Origin: Micavibrio sp.
GTDB taxonomy: Bacteria; Pseudomonadota; Alphaproteobacteria; Micavibrionales; Micavibrionaceae
NCBI GenBank assembly: GCA_028290825.1
Contig: JAQGJB010000100.1
Span: 2,101 to 66,100, forward strand
Direction of reading: 5' to 3'
Length of the DNA stretch: 64,000 bases
Each line of letters begins with the position of its first letter. Position 1 is the stretch's first letter. Both the position numbers and the translations under genes were made by a program. The notes under the pieces were generated by a model, which had not been told where the DNA came from, ran no database searches, and saw only the letters and a program-made list of their open reading frames with translations. Shown here one piece after another: positions 20,259-30,272 of this stretch.

Positions 20259-21380
20259 TTACCGGGCAGCGGAAGCAGGAAGCTTTTCGACCATTTTGTT
20301 TCCATCCAGCACAAAGCCGCGGAGAATGTCGCCTTCCTTGCCCAAAGGCGGGTAAGGCTGGCCATTGACCTTTAGTTCGATACCGCCGGCATTGCCGGTA
20401 TCGAGGCGGAGCCCGTAATTGGCTTCAGGAACGATGAAAACCTCACCGGGTTTCAGGATACGCGAGAGGATCGGCTTGCCCTGCTTGTCGCGGACCTCGA
20501 CCCAGGAACGGTCCTTGATGGTGATGATAATTTCTTTTTTCGGGCCGGTCGGCACGGCAGCAGGCGCGGTGGTGGCCGGTGTTTGTGGTGCAGTTGTTGC
20601 CGGGGACGAGGTCGCCTCCGCCGTGGCCGGGGCGGCGGGGATGGCACCGGTCGTCGGCGTTGTCGCGGCTGGCTGGGCGTTGGCGATCTGCGGCGATGTC
20701 GCGGTCGGGTTCTGTCCGGTTGTATATTGCTGGGTTGCAGGTGCGGCCACGGGTGCTGTACCGGCATTTGCAGGAGCGGCGGCGGCAGGCGCGGTGACCG
20801 TCGTGGCCGGGCCTATCCCTGCGGCGGCGAGTGCCGCGGCGGAAATCGGGGTGGTCTGCGTGTTGGCAATCGGCGCGGGGGCCGGAGGACCGGCGGCAGG
20901 TGAGCCGCGCATATCTGCCGGGACGCTAGGAATTTCCGCGATGGTTTTATCTCGGGATTTACCGACGGCGCTGAGCGCGATCCAGACGCCGATAACAAGG
21001 GCGAGGACGGCGAGAGAGCCGAAGATAATAAAAAGGTTCGGAGCCTTGCTTTCGGAGGCAGGCACGGGGAAATGCAGTTCCGGTTTGGAGGGCTTGGCGC
21101 CGGATTGCTGCTTGAAAAGATAGACCATCTTCTCTCCATCGAGGCCGAGATATTCGGAATAGGTACGGATGTAGCCAATGGCGTAGACCTGGCCCGGCAA
21201 CTGGGCGATATCGTTTTTCTCAAGCGCTTCAAGCTGGCTGGCGCGGATGCGGAGATAATTCGCGGCATCGTCGAGGGTCTGGTTATAATGGACGCGTGTG
21301 CGGCGCAGGATCTCGCCTACCGGAAGATCGGTATAATAATCGGCCTGGGTGGCTGGATTTTCAATGGGCGCGGGCGTCAT
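20259..21380 (-). CDS. rodZ: RodZ-like HTH / DUF4115 protein
   Basis: N-terminal HTH (GEILRRTR..LRIR..LEALE..GYIRTYSEYLGLD), TM, Ala/Pro/Thr linker, SWVEVRD..GNAGG; upstream of ispG. Confidence 0.88.
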   Translation of the reverse strand: MTPAPIENPATQADYYTDLPVGEILRRTRVHYNQTLDDAANYLRIRASQLEALEKNDIAQLPGQVYAIGYIRTYSEYLGLDGEKMVYLFKQQSGAKPSKPELHFPVPASESKAPNLFIIFGSLAVLALVIGVWIALSAVGKSRDKTIAEIPSVPADMRGSPAAGPPAPAPIANTQTTPISAAALAAAGIGPATTVTAPAAAAPANAGTAPVAAPATQQYTTGQNPTATSPQIANAQPAATTPTTGAIPAAPATAEATSSPATTAPQTPATTAPAAVPTGPKKEIIITIKDRSWVEVRDKQGKPILSRILKPGEVFIVPEANYGLRLDTGNAGGIELKVNGQPYPPLGKEGDILRGFVLDGNKMVEKLPASAAR

Positions 21381-21403
21381 TACAAATGAGTTTTCCGTTT
21401 ACA

Positions 21404-22633
21404 CTACTTATCAAGATTATATGCGGTATGCAGAGCCCTGATTGCGAGCTCCGTATAAGCTTCGTCGATTAAAACACTGATCTTAATCTCAGATGTTGAA
21501 ATGACCTGTATGTTTATACCCTTTTCCGCCAGCGCTTTAAACATGGTTTGCGCAACACCTGCGTGCGATTGCATACCGATACCGACTACGGAAACTTTAG
21601 ATACCTTATCATCGGTGACAATTCCGGCATTTTTGAGGTCGCTTATTTTACCTAATACGTCGAGAACTTTGGCCAGTTCAGGTTTCGGCACGGTAAAGGT
21701 CATGTCTGTGTTTTTGCCGTTCGAGGCAATGTTCTGGACGATCATGTCGATATTAATATTGGCATCGGCCAGCGGCCCGAAGACCTTTGCGGCGATGCCG
21801 GGGATATCAGGGACATCGAGAATAGTGACTTTGGCTTCATTGCGGCTAAAGGCCACGCCGTTGACGGCTTTCTGTTCCAAGATTTCATCCTCTTTCGTAA
21901 CCAGGGTTCCGGGGTGGTCGCTGCCGATGGCGTCTTCAAAAGTGGAGAGAACCTGGACCGGCACTTTCATCTTCATGGCCATTTCGACGGAACGGCTCAT
22001 TAAAACCTTGGCGCCGAGGGACGCCATCTCCAGCATTTCCTCATATGATATTTTATCGAGCTTGCGGGCTTCGGGCACGATGCGCGGGTCGGTGGTATAG
22101 ACGCCGTTGACGTCGGTATAGATGTCGCAGCGATCCGCCTTCAGAGCAGCCGCCACGGCCACAGCCGAGGTATCGGACCCTCCCCGCCCCAGTGTCGAGA
22201 TACGGTTGCGCGCGGTCTTGCCCTGGAATCCGGCTATGACGCCGACGTCACCGCTCATCAAAGCGTGCTCGAGTTCCTGCGCTTCGATAAAACCGATGCG
22301 CGCCTTACCGTGGACTTCATCGGTAACAAGGGGGATTTGCCATCCCTGCCATGACCTGGCAGGGATGCCGATCTTTTGCAGGGCAAGCGCCATCAACCCG
22401 GCGGTGACGTTTTCGCCGCTGGAAACGACGGCATCATATTCACGGGCATCGTGTTCCGGGTTGATGCTGCGGCAATACTCGACGAGCTGGTTGGTGACCC
22501 CCGCCATGGCGGATACGACCACCGCGACCTGGTTGCCGCGCGCGACCTCCGCCGCGACTTTTTTCGCGGCATTCTCGATTTCGGGGATACCTGCGACCGA
22601 AGTGCCGCCAAATTTCATAACTATACGGGACAT
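21404..22633 (-). CDS. lysC: Aspartate kinase
   Basis: MKFGGTSV, VVSAM, TLGRGGSDTSA, ACT domains, STSEIKIS. Confidence 0.97.
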   Translation of the reverse strand: MSRIVMKFGGTSVAGIPEIENAAKKVAAEVARGNQVAVVVSAMAGVTNQLVEYCRSINPEHDAREYDAVVSSGENVTAGLMALALQKIGIPARSWQGWQIPLVTDEVHGKARIGFIEAQELEHALMSGDVGVIAGFQGKTARNRISTLGRGGSDTSAVAVAAALKADRCDIYTDVNGVYTTDPRIVPEARKLDKISYEEMLEMASLGAKVLMSRSVEMAMKMKVPVQVLSTFEDAIGSDHPGTLVTKEDEILEQKAVNGVAFSRNEAKVTILDVPDIPGIAAKVFGPLADANINIDMIVQNIASNGKNTDMTFTVPKPELAKVLDVLGKISDLKNAGIVTDDKVSKVSVVGIGMQSHAGVAQTMFKALAEKGINIQVISTSEIKISVLIDEAYTELAIRALHTAYNLDK

Positions 22634-22753
22634 TATGGGTCCGTTGATTGACTTCTTTGTGCGGGGACAATACTTACATGTAATTGAGATTCAGGAAATA
22701 TCCTTCTTGCCTGTTTACCGCCCCTGCTTCCGAATAATTAAAGGTGTCCGATC

Positions 22754-23509
22754 ATGACCACAGGTTCCGCCACCATCGACCCCGAAGACATCGCCCGTTT
22801 TGCCGGAATTTCGGATCAATGGTGGGACGAGGCTGGTCCCTTTGCGCCAATCCACAGGATAAACCCGGCGCGGCTGGGCTATATCAAATCCACTCTGGCG
22901 AAACATTATGAACGCGATGACAAAAGCCTTCAGTCTTTAAAGGCGCTGAGGATCCTGGATATAGGGTGCGGCGGCGGGCTGGTGTGCGAACCCCTCGCCC
23001 GGCTTGGCGCGATTGTCACCGGCATTGATGCAGACCGGAATGCGATCGATGTGGCGCGGCTGCACGCGGCGAAGGCGGGCCTGCCCAATGCGCCGGTTTA
23101 TACCTGCACGAACAGCGAGGACATGGCGGCGAAGGCAAAGGGACAGTTCGATGTCGTTCTGGCGCTGGAGATCGTCGAGCATGTGGCGGATGTGGAGGTC
23201 TTTGTGCGCAATGTCGCCGACCTTTGCAAACCGGGCGGCGTGATTATTTTTTCCACACTGAACAAGACAATCAAATCCATGCTGATGGCGAAGATTGCGG
23301 CAGAATATATCCTGCGCTGGGTTCCGGCGGGTACGCATGACTGGAAGAAATTTATACGGCCTTCGACATTATCCAATGCGCTGCGCCGGTGTGGGGCTGA
23401 ACCGTTTGATGTCAGGGGACTGGTGTTCAATCCGCTGAAGAACAGTTTCGCGATGTCGGATCGTGACATGGATGTAAATTATTTTATTGCGGCAAGGAAA
23501 GACAAGTAA
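22754..23509 (+). CDS. ubiG: Ubiquinone biosynthesis O-methyltransferase UbiG
   Basis: WWD..GPF..IHRINP.R, LDIGCGGG, LEIVEHV, AEYILRWVPAGTHDW.KF. Confidence 0.95.
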   Translation: MTTGSATIDPEDIARFAGISDQWWDEAGPFAPIHRINPARLGYIKSTLAKHYERDDKSLQSLKALRILDIGCGGGLVCEPLARLGAIVTGIDADRNAIDVARLHAAKAGLPNAPVYTCTNSEDMAAKAKGQFDVVLALEIVEHVADVEVFVRNVADLCKPGGVIIFSTLNKTIKSMLMAKIAAEYILRWVPAGTHDWKKFIRPSTLSNALRRCGAEPFDVRGLVFNPLKNSFAMSDRDMDVNYFIAARKDK

Positions 23510-23511
23510 CC

Positions 23512-23706
23512 ATGAGCACATTCTTCTTTATAATGCTGATGATCACAATGGCCGCGGTTGCCGGGGTTCTGGTTGCAGGCATCTTTGTCATGGGCAAAGG
23601 TGGCGAACTGAACGCCAAATACGGCAATAAACTGATGCAGGCGCGGGTGATGCTGCAGGGCTTGGCGCTTTTGTTCTTTGCGCTCTGTGTCATGACTCGC
23701 GGTTAG
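23512..23706 (+). CDS. Twin transmembrane helix small protein (HIG1-like)
   Basis: VLVAGIFVM.KGG...KYGNKLMQARVMLQ. Confidence 0.9.
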   Translation: MSTFFFIMLMITMAAVAGVLVAGIFVMGKGGELNAKYGNKLMQARVMLQGLALLFFALCVMTRG

Positions 23707-25004
23707 GACGCGAGCGAGGCGAGGCCGGCGGCCTTTCGTAATTCTTCCGGTGCCGTAGGGTCCATTTTTGCGCCGATGAAGGTTGCGCCTTCGGCAACCA
23801 CGTTATCCAGTTTCGCCCCGGTCAGATCGACGTTATTAAAGTCGCAGCCGGTCAGGTCGCTGTAGCACAGATCGGCCCCCTTGAATGAAGCACCGGTAAA
23901 ACGCGCACCGGCGCAATTGGCATAGCGCAGGTTTGCCTCACCCATATCGCAGGGCGTTGATTTCCTGATCCCCGATCCGTCATCGAAACCAAGGCCGCGG
24001 AAATCGGCATTGCGGAGATCCGCGTGGCTCATCCGCACACCGCGCATGGAGGAGCCACGGAAATCGGAACCGCGCATAAAGCAGGAACGGAAATCGGAAT
24101 TGTCGAGGACCGAGCTTTGCATCTGGACATCGGTCAGGTCCATGCCGCAATACCGCCCGCCGATGGAGCGAATGGCGGTAAGACGTTCGCCGGAAAGCGT
24201 TAAAAGAATACGCATATCGTACCCGCTAAGGTCAAGCTGCCGTCCCTGCTTGCCGACGCTGGCCACCCAGTTGCGGTGTTCCTTGATAAGTTGGGCGAGA
24301 GGTCCGTCGAGCGCGGAAATCGGTTTACCGACATTTTCATCGGTGACGGCCCCGGCAAGGTCGGCACCCGACCCGGCGATATCGCTCATCGTCACGCCGG
24401 TCATGATGGTGGAGCGCAAATTGGCGCCAAAGAGCTGCACCCCCTTCATATCGGCTTCGGTCAGGTCTGCCCCTTCGAAGCGGGCATTGCGCAGATCGGC
24501 CCCCGTCAGATTGACCTTTGACATGATCGCGTCTGAGAAATCCGCACCGGTTGCAAGCGTCCCGGACAGACGCGCACCGGCAAGGTTAGCACCACGGAAA
24601 TTGACGGCGTTACCTTGGCTGAACGTGCCGTCGGTGGACAACGCCCCTGCCCTCAGATCGGCGCTGTCAAGATTTGCACCGGAGAGGTTCGCGCTTTCAA
24701 TACGCGCACCGCGCAGGTCGGAACGCACAAAATTAGTTCTGTTCAGATTGGCATTGGAAAGGTCGCAGGCATAAAGCGAAGCTTCGCGGAAATTTGCGCC
24801 GGAGAGATCCATGTATTGCATGTTACAGCCACTGAAATCCGCCTGGCGCAAATCGCGTTCGGACAGAGACAGGCCGGAAAGATTCATTTTCTTGATTGTG
24901 GCGCGGCGTCCGCCCAGACGGCCCTGCATAAAGCGGTTGTGCAAATCGACGATGTCGTCGAGCTGGCTTTGCGTCATGCGATCGGGGGTTTGGGAATCAG
25001 ACAT
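23703..25004 (-). CDS. Pentapeptide repeat protein
   Basis: Extensive A[DN]L/Fxx repeats in two blocks, each preceded by an H..W/F....G.R cap. Confidence 0.92.
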   Translation of the reverse strand: MSDSQTPDRMTQSQLDDIVDLHNRFMQGRLGGRRATIKKMNLSGLSLSERDLRQADFSGCNMQYMDLSGANFREASLYACDLSNANLNRTNFVRSDLRGARIESANLSGANLDSADLRAGALSTDGTFSQGNAVNFRGANLAGARLSGTLATGADFSDAIMSKVNLTGADLRNARFEGADLTEADMKGVQLFGANLRSTIMTGVTMSDIAGSGADLAGAVTDENVGKPISALDGPLAQLIKEHRNWVASVGKQGRQLDLSGYDMRILLTLSGERLTAIRSIGGRYCGMDLTDVQMQSSVLDNSDFRSCFMRGSDFRGSSMRGVRMSHADLRNADFRGLGFDDGSGIRKSTPCDMGEANLRYANCAGARFTGASFKGADLCYSDLTGCDFNNVDLTGAKLDNVVAEGATFIGAKMDPTAPEELRKAAGLASLAS

Positions 25005-25028
25005 CGTTTTATGTTACCTGTAATTGGT

Positions 25029-25604
25029 TTATTTTGTCTGATTTGCTATAAGATAATTGATAAAATCTGTGGATTCCGGGGCGGACCATTCCGTATCCCC
25101 TACGACTTTATAAAGAACCTGACCTTTTTTATCGATCAGGAATGTTCCGGGCAGGCCAAAGGCGGTTAACTGGTCCCAGGCCGGGTCTGTTGTGGGGACA
25201 CGGTAGCTGGGCAGACCATCAATGCCTTGTTTTTTCATAAATTTATCAATTTTGTCATTCTCCGCCCCGTAATCGAGTGAAACCATGACGACGGCCAGAT
25301 CCTTGCCTTCTTTTGCGGATTTGAAGGCCTTTAATTTCGGTAACTCTTTGATGCAGGGCGGGCACCAGGTAGCCCAGAAATGCAGGACGACAAAGCGGCC
25401 TTTAAACTGCCCGAGCGTTGTCTCCTTTCCTTCCGCGTCGATCATGGTAAAGGGCAACATGCCGCGGCGGTCACCGGTCAGGTCGTAGAACAGCGAAAAC
25501 TGGCTGGAAAACTTTTTTTGCAGGTCTTCGGCATTGCCCGCCGCAGACGCATCCGTTACGCTGAGCAGCACAGCAGCCAGAACCATCAACAAGCAGTATT
25601 TCAT
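25029..25604 (-). CDS. TlpA/ResA-family thiol:disulfide oxidoreductase
   Basis: LHFWATWCPPCIKELP, GLPGTFLID; signal/anchor from MKYCLL. Confidence 0.93.
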   Translation of the reverse strand: MKYCLLMVLAAVLLSVTDASAAGNAEDLQKKFSSQFSLFYDLTGDRRGMLPFTMIDAEGKETTLGQFKGRFVVLHFWATWCPPCIKELPKLKAFKSAKEGKDLAVVMVSLDYGAENDKIDKFMKKQGIDGLPSYRVPTTDPAWDQLTAFGLPGTFLIDKKGQVLYKVVGDTEWSAPESTDFINYLIANQTK

Positions 25605-25842
25605 GCGCAAAAATTCCCTATGGGCAAGACCGGCCCTTATTATCCTCTCTCTCGCAACCGTTGCAAGCGCTTTGTCGGCCTGCGGTATCAAACCGCGTGA
25701 TGTCGATGCCCCGCCGGGCGCTGCAGCTCAGGAATTTCCGCATATCTACCCTGCCCCGAGCGCCGAGGCCCCCGGCCCGGTTACCGATCCGGCCAATACG
25801 CAGGCCCGGAAAGACATGAAATCGAACGGACCAAAATTATAA
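25603..25842 (+). CDS. Small lipoprotein upstream of lysA (LptM-like position)
   Basis: Signal peptide with lipobox LSAC-GIKP; TAATG coupling to lysA. Confidence 0.8.
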   Translation: MRKNSLWARPALIILSLATVASALSACGIKPRDVDAPPGAAAQEFPHIYPAPSAEAPGPVTDPANTQARKDMKSNGPKL

Positions 25843-27080
25843 TGAGCGAGAGTGGTTTTCACTATCGCAACGGAATTTTCCATGCCGATGCCGTCGACCT
25901 GAATGATGTCGCGCAGGAATACGGCACGCCGTCCTATGTCTACAGCGCCGGGATGATCCGCGATAATATTGCGCGTCTGCGCACGGCGTTGGGGCCGGAC
26001 GTTCTGATCGCCTATGCGTGCAAGGCGAATACCAACCGCGCGGTGTTATCTATTATGGCGTCCGAAGGCCTGGGGGCCGATGTTGTATCGGGCGGGGAAT
26101 TGCGCCGCGCCATTGCGGCAGGCATTCCGGCGGAGAAAATTGTGTTTTCCGGCGTCGGTAAAACAGATGGGGAACTGCGCCTCGCCTTCGACCACGACAT
26201 CGCGCAGATCAATATTGAATCGGCGGCGGAGCTGGAACGGATTGTCGCGCTCAACCCTGCCCGCCCGGTGCGCGTCGGGTTCCGGCTGAACCCCGATGTC
26301 GAAGCCAACACCCACGCAAAAATTTCAACGGGCCATGGCGAAAGCAAATTCGGTATGCCTTCGGCGGAAATACGCCAACTTTATAAAGAGATCGCCAGGT
26401 ATCCGATGATCAGGCCGACGGGGATCAGCACCCACATCGGATCGCAGCTGACGGAACTTGAAGCTTACCGCGATGCGTTCCATGCGCTGGCGGCTCTGGC
26501 CGGCGAGGTTGAAGTGGAGAGCCTGGATTTTGGTGGTGGCCTCGGCATCGTTTATACGGATGAGCAGCCCGTGGATGTCGCCGGTTATGCGCAACTGGTT
26601 CATGACATTCTCACCCCGCTTGGCAAAAAACTCACCACCGAACCGGGGCGTTACCTGGTCGGGAATGCCGGGGTATTGCTGGCCCGCGTTATCGACATGA
26701 AAAAGACACCGGGGAAACCCATATTAATTCTGGATGCGGGCATGAACGACCTGATGCGCCCGGCCATGTATGACGCCATTCATGTGATGAACCCGGTGAC
26801 CATGAACCAGAATAACGACATTATTTGCGATGTGGCCGGGCCGGTGTGTGAAAGCAGTGATATTTTCCTGCGCGGCTGGACGATGGCAGAACCTGCGCGC
26901 GGCGATGTCATGGCACTGATGAATGCAGGGGCTTACGGGTTTTCGATGGCGGGGACTTATAATTCACGGCCTTTGCCCGCCGAAATTCTGGTTGATGGCG
27001 ACCGGCACGCCGTCATCCGCACGCGACAGGACATGGACGATATCGTCAAAGGTGAAACCGTTCCGGGGTGGCTTGGATGA
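25842..27080 (+). CDS. lysA: Diaminopimelate decarboxylase
   Basis: YACKAN, DVVSGGE, SKFG, HIGSQ, EPGR, GPVCESSD, YNSRP. Confidence 0.97.
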   Translation: MSESGFHYRNGIFHADAVDLNDVAQEYGTPSYVYSAGMIRDNIARLRTALGPDVLIAYACKANTNRAVLSIMASEGLGADVVSGGELRRAIAAGIPAEKIVFSGVGKTDGELRLAFDHDIAQINIESAAELERIVALNPARPVRVGFRLNPDVEANTHAKISTGHGESKFGMPSAEIRQLYKEIARYPMIRPTGISTHIGSQLTELEAYRDAFHALAALAGEVEVESLDFGGGLGIVYTDEQPVDVAGYAQLVHDILTPLGKKLTTEPGRYLVGNAGVLLARVIDMKKTPGKPILILDAGMNDLMRPAMYDAIHVMNPVTMNQNNDIICDVAGPVCESSDIFLRGWTMAEPARGDVMALMNAGAYGFSMAGTYNSRPLPAEILVDGDRHAVIRTRQDMDDIVKGETVPGWLG

Positions 27081-29500
27081 AGGAAGCGCCGCCGGAAATC
27101 CCATTGCATTTGCGCCTGCGCCTGAAATTCCTGCGCGGGATGGCGGCGACGCTGATTGTGGCGGAGAAGATTCTTGAGGCGTTCTGGCCGTTCCTCCTGT
27201 GGGTCTGCGTTTTTGCCAGCCTGTGGCTGCTGCAAATTCCGGCGATGTTCGGGACAGCGATTGAGGTCATTTTCGCAGTGGTTTTCTTCCTTGGGTTTAT
27301 GACGCTCAGCTATCAGGCCGCGTTCCGTCTGCAGTTACCGCGGTACAATGATGTCACGCGCCGGATCGAGGATGACAGCGAATTGCGTCACCGCCCGCTT
27401 TCTAATCTTGACGATCGGCTCGCCAACCCCGCGCCGGGACGGACTGAGGAATTGTGGTCGTTCTGGCAGCGTCATCTGCTGCCCACACTGAAATTGCTGC
27501 GCCTGCCGAAGCCCCATGCGGTGATGCCGCAGCTTGACCCCTTTGCCCTGCGCGGTGCGGCGGTGATGGTGTTGATTGCCGCTATGGTGATGGCCGGGCC
27601 GACCTGGCGGCTGAGGATCAGTCATGGCATGCTGCCCGTTGTGCCGTCGTTTATGAAGACCGATGCGGAAACTGTGGTTTTGTGGGTCACGCCACCCCCC
27701 TATACCGGGATGCCGCAGATGGTCCTGAAAGGTGCCGGATCGCGCGACAAGATTTTCACCCTGCCGGAGGGCAGCGTAATCAAAGCGCGGGTCAGCGGCT
27801 GGCTGGGGCAGCCTTCCCTCGCCTTCGATCATGCGGATTACCCGATGGAGAGTCTCGGCAAAGGCAATTACGGGCTTGAGAAAATTGCGGAAGCCTCGGC
27901 TACTCTGACGGTTAAACAGATGCTCCTGCCGCGCGCGTCGTGGAAAATTGATTTTGTGCCGGACAAGCCGCCGACCATCTCGCGAAAGGGCGAGCCGCAG
28001 CCGCAGGCGAAAGGCGAGATTAAAATTCCCCTGACCGTGCAAGACGATTACGGGGTGGAAACGGTAACGGCGCATATCACGCTGGCCCCCGATACCATTG
28101 CCGCGCCGCCGATCGGGACGCCTGTGGACGATACGCGCAATGTGGTCAGCCCGCCGAAGGTAGCGATGGATTTCACACCGCAATTCGATCTGGCCTGGCA
28201 CCCGTGGGCGGGGATGAAAGTGGTGATGGACCTTGAGGCGAAGGATCACAAGGGACAGGTCGCGGCCATCAAGGGGCTGACAATCACCCTGCCCGAACGC
28301 GCGTTTCGCCATCCGCTGGCGCAGAAGATGATTTCCCTGCGCAAGCGTCTGATGTGGTCCCCGGAGGCTTCGGCGGATAATGTCGGCTATGAGCTGGAAC
28401 AAATTATGATCCGCCCATCGCTGTACCAGGGGGATAAGGGCATTTTCCTGTCCCTGCGCAGCATGTCGTCGCACCTGATCCGCAACAATACGCCGGAAGA
28501 AGTGGCGAAGGTAGTGGCGCAGTTATGGGACACCGCCCTACACATCGAAGACGGTAATTTCAGCGTGGCGCAACGCGATCTGCGCAACGCCCAGAACGCG
28601 CTGCAAAATGCCCTGCGCGATCCGAAAACCACCCCGGCGCAGATTGCGCAACTGATGGATGATGTGCGCCAGGCGATGATGGCTTATCTGAAGGAAACCT
28701 TCCGTGAATTGCAGAAGAAGATGGCGGAAAACGGCGGGGACCCGAATGCTCTGAACCCGCAGAATTTCATGAAGATGATCAATCCCGACGCTCTCGCCGC
28801 GATGCTGGACAAGATGCAGGCGCAGGCGATGTCCGGCGACCGCAATGCCGCGCAGCAGATGCTGTCCCAGATGCAGAAAATGATGGATGCCCTCGACCCA
28901 TCCAACATGTCCGGCGAAATGCCAAAAGATATGCAGGAAATGGCCGAACAGGTGGCGCAGATGCAAAAGCTGATCGAGCAGCAGAAGGCGTTGCTGGAGC
29001 AGACTAAAAAAGAAGAACAACCCGATAAGGAGGCGTCTAAGGCAGAACAGGAAAATATCCGCAAGGCCCTGACCAACCTGATGTCTTCCGCGGCTGACAA
29101 GCTTGGCGATGTGCCCGAGGGTATGGGTAAAGCCGAACTTGAAATGCGCGGATCAACAATGGCGCTCGGTGACGGGAAACCGGTAGCCTCGGTTCCTCAT
29201 CAGGAACAGGCGATCAAGGATTTGAGCGAGGGGCAGCAGCAAATGAGCAAGAAACTCGGCGAACGCATGCAGCAGATGATGATGTTTTCCTTCGGCCAGG
29301 GCCGGACCGATCCTCTCGGCCGCCCGATGCAGGAGGGGGAGAACGGACAGCCCGGCCAAGGGTCTAAAGTGAAAATCCCGGACCAGGCGGAGCGGAAGAA
29401 AATCCAGGATATTCTTGAGCAACTGCGCAAAAAATCAGGAGAACTGGCAAGGCCGGATTACGAACTGGATTATTACCACCGGCTGATGCGGCAGTTTTAA
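27077..29500 (+). CDS. TIGR02302 / DUF4175 family membrane protein
   Basis: HRPL..LDD, DPFALR, WVTPPPYTG, DDYGV, HPWAG, LPER.F.HPLA, DPLGRP, ELDY..RL; follows lysA. Confidence 0.9.
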   Translation: MKEAPPEIPLHLRLRLKFLRGMAATLIVAEKILEAFWPFLLWVCVFASLWLLQIPAMFGTAIEVIFAVVFFLGFMTLSYQAAFRLQLPRYNDVTRRIEDDSELRHRPLSNLDDRLANPAPGRTEELWSFWQRHLLPTLKLLRLPKPHAVMPQLDPFALRGAAVMVLIAAMVMAGPTWRLRISHGMLPVVPSFMKTDAETVVLWVTPPPYTGMPQMVLKGAGSRDKIFTLPEGSVIKARVSGWLGQPSLAFDHADYPMESLGKGNYGLEKIAEASATLTVKQMLLPRASWKIDFVPDKPPTISRKGEPQPQAKGEIKIPLTVQDDYGVETVTAHITLAPDTIAAPPIGTPVDDTRNVVSPPKVAMDFTPQFDLAWHPWAGMKVVMDLEAKDHKGQVAAIKGLTITLPERAFRHPLAQKMISLRKRLMWSPEASADNVGYELEQIMIRPSLYQGDKGIFLSLRSMSSHLIRNNTPEEVAKVVAQLWDTALHIEDGNFSVAQRDLRNAQNALQNALRDPKTTPAQIAQLMDDVRQAMMAYLKETFRELQKKMAENGGDPNALNPQNFMKMINPDALAAMLDKMQAQAMSGDRNAAQQMLSQMQKMMDALDPSNMSGEMPKDMQEMAEQVAQMQKLIEQQKALLEQTKKEEQPDKEASKAEQENIRKALTNLMSSAADKLGDVPEGMGKAELEMRGSTMALGDGKPVASVPHQEQAIKDLSEGQQQMSKKLGERMQQMMMFSFGQGRTDPLGRPMQEGENGQPGQGSKVKIPDQAERKKIQDILEQLRKKSGELARPDYELDYYHRLMRQF

Positions 29501-30220
29501 TTATTTCTCAGCGAAACTGATTTTCACCTGCGTCATATCGTCAGGGAGATCGTCATACACCGCGGCAAACGGAATCTTGCCCTGTGCGTCGATATTCTTT
29601 TTGTCGAGTTTGACCATGAAGGTCACGCCCTTTTCTTTTTCCGATTTCTGCAGCGTTGCCCAGACGGACGGGATATCGGCCATTTCCTTACGGACGTTGA
29701 CGATGTTTCCGGTCAGCGTCAGGATGGATTTTCCGGCGGAGTCTTTGGATTGTTTTGCGGCGACCTGATCGAAGATAAGGCCCTGCCCTGCGGTGCTCTC
29801 AATCCCGACTGCGCTAAACAGCGATGAGAATGGCGGCCAGATTTTTGTCAGCGGGCCGTGGAAGGCAATAAGCCCGACGAAGGCCACGGCGAACACTGCC
29901 GCCGCCATTGCGCCACCGCCGATATTGTCGCGGGTCAGGTGATCCCTGATCGTGAATTTATGAGATCCCGTGACTGGCATGGCCGAGCCTTCCGGAATCG
30001 GGCGGACGCCTTCGGGAATAGGCTCCAGATCTTCGTGTTCGAGGTGATCCCGAAAACTCAGGGCTTCGTCTCCGCCACTGCCGGGGGTGTATTCTTCGTC
30101 GCCCGGCGGCTGGAACCAGGTGTGGCCGCAAACCCCGCATTTAACCTTGCGCCCGTCCACCCCGAGAAGGAGTGAGGCGACGAGGAAGCGAGCCTGGCAT
30201 TGTTCACAGATTAGGATCAT
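29501..30220 (-). CDS. MJ0042-type zinc-ribbon membrane protein (DUF3426-like)
   Basis: MILICEQCQARF..GRKVKCGVCGHTW, TM, C-terminal beta domain. Confidence 0.9.
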   Translation of the reverse strand: MILICEQCQARFLVASLLLGVDGRKVKCGVCGHTWFQPPGDEEYTPGSGGDEALSFRDHLEHEDLEPIPEGVRPIPEGSAMPVTGSHKFTIRDHLTRDNIGGGAMAAAVFAVAFVGLIAFHGPLTKIWPPFSSLFSAVGIESTAGQGLIFDQVAAKQSKDSAGKSILTLTGNIVNVRKEMADIPSVWATLQKSEKEKGVTFMVKLDKKNIDAQGKIPFAAVYDDLPDDMTQVKISFAEK

Positions 30221-30272
30221 GGATTGGGCGGTTCTGGTTGCGTCTTGTTCATTATTATATAGAGTCTGCCTT

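Noticed and set aside
23703-25004. Repetitive DNA as a CRISPR or tandem array
   Set aside because: The periodicity comes from the pentapeptide protein repeat; there are no identical direct repeats with spacers.
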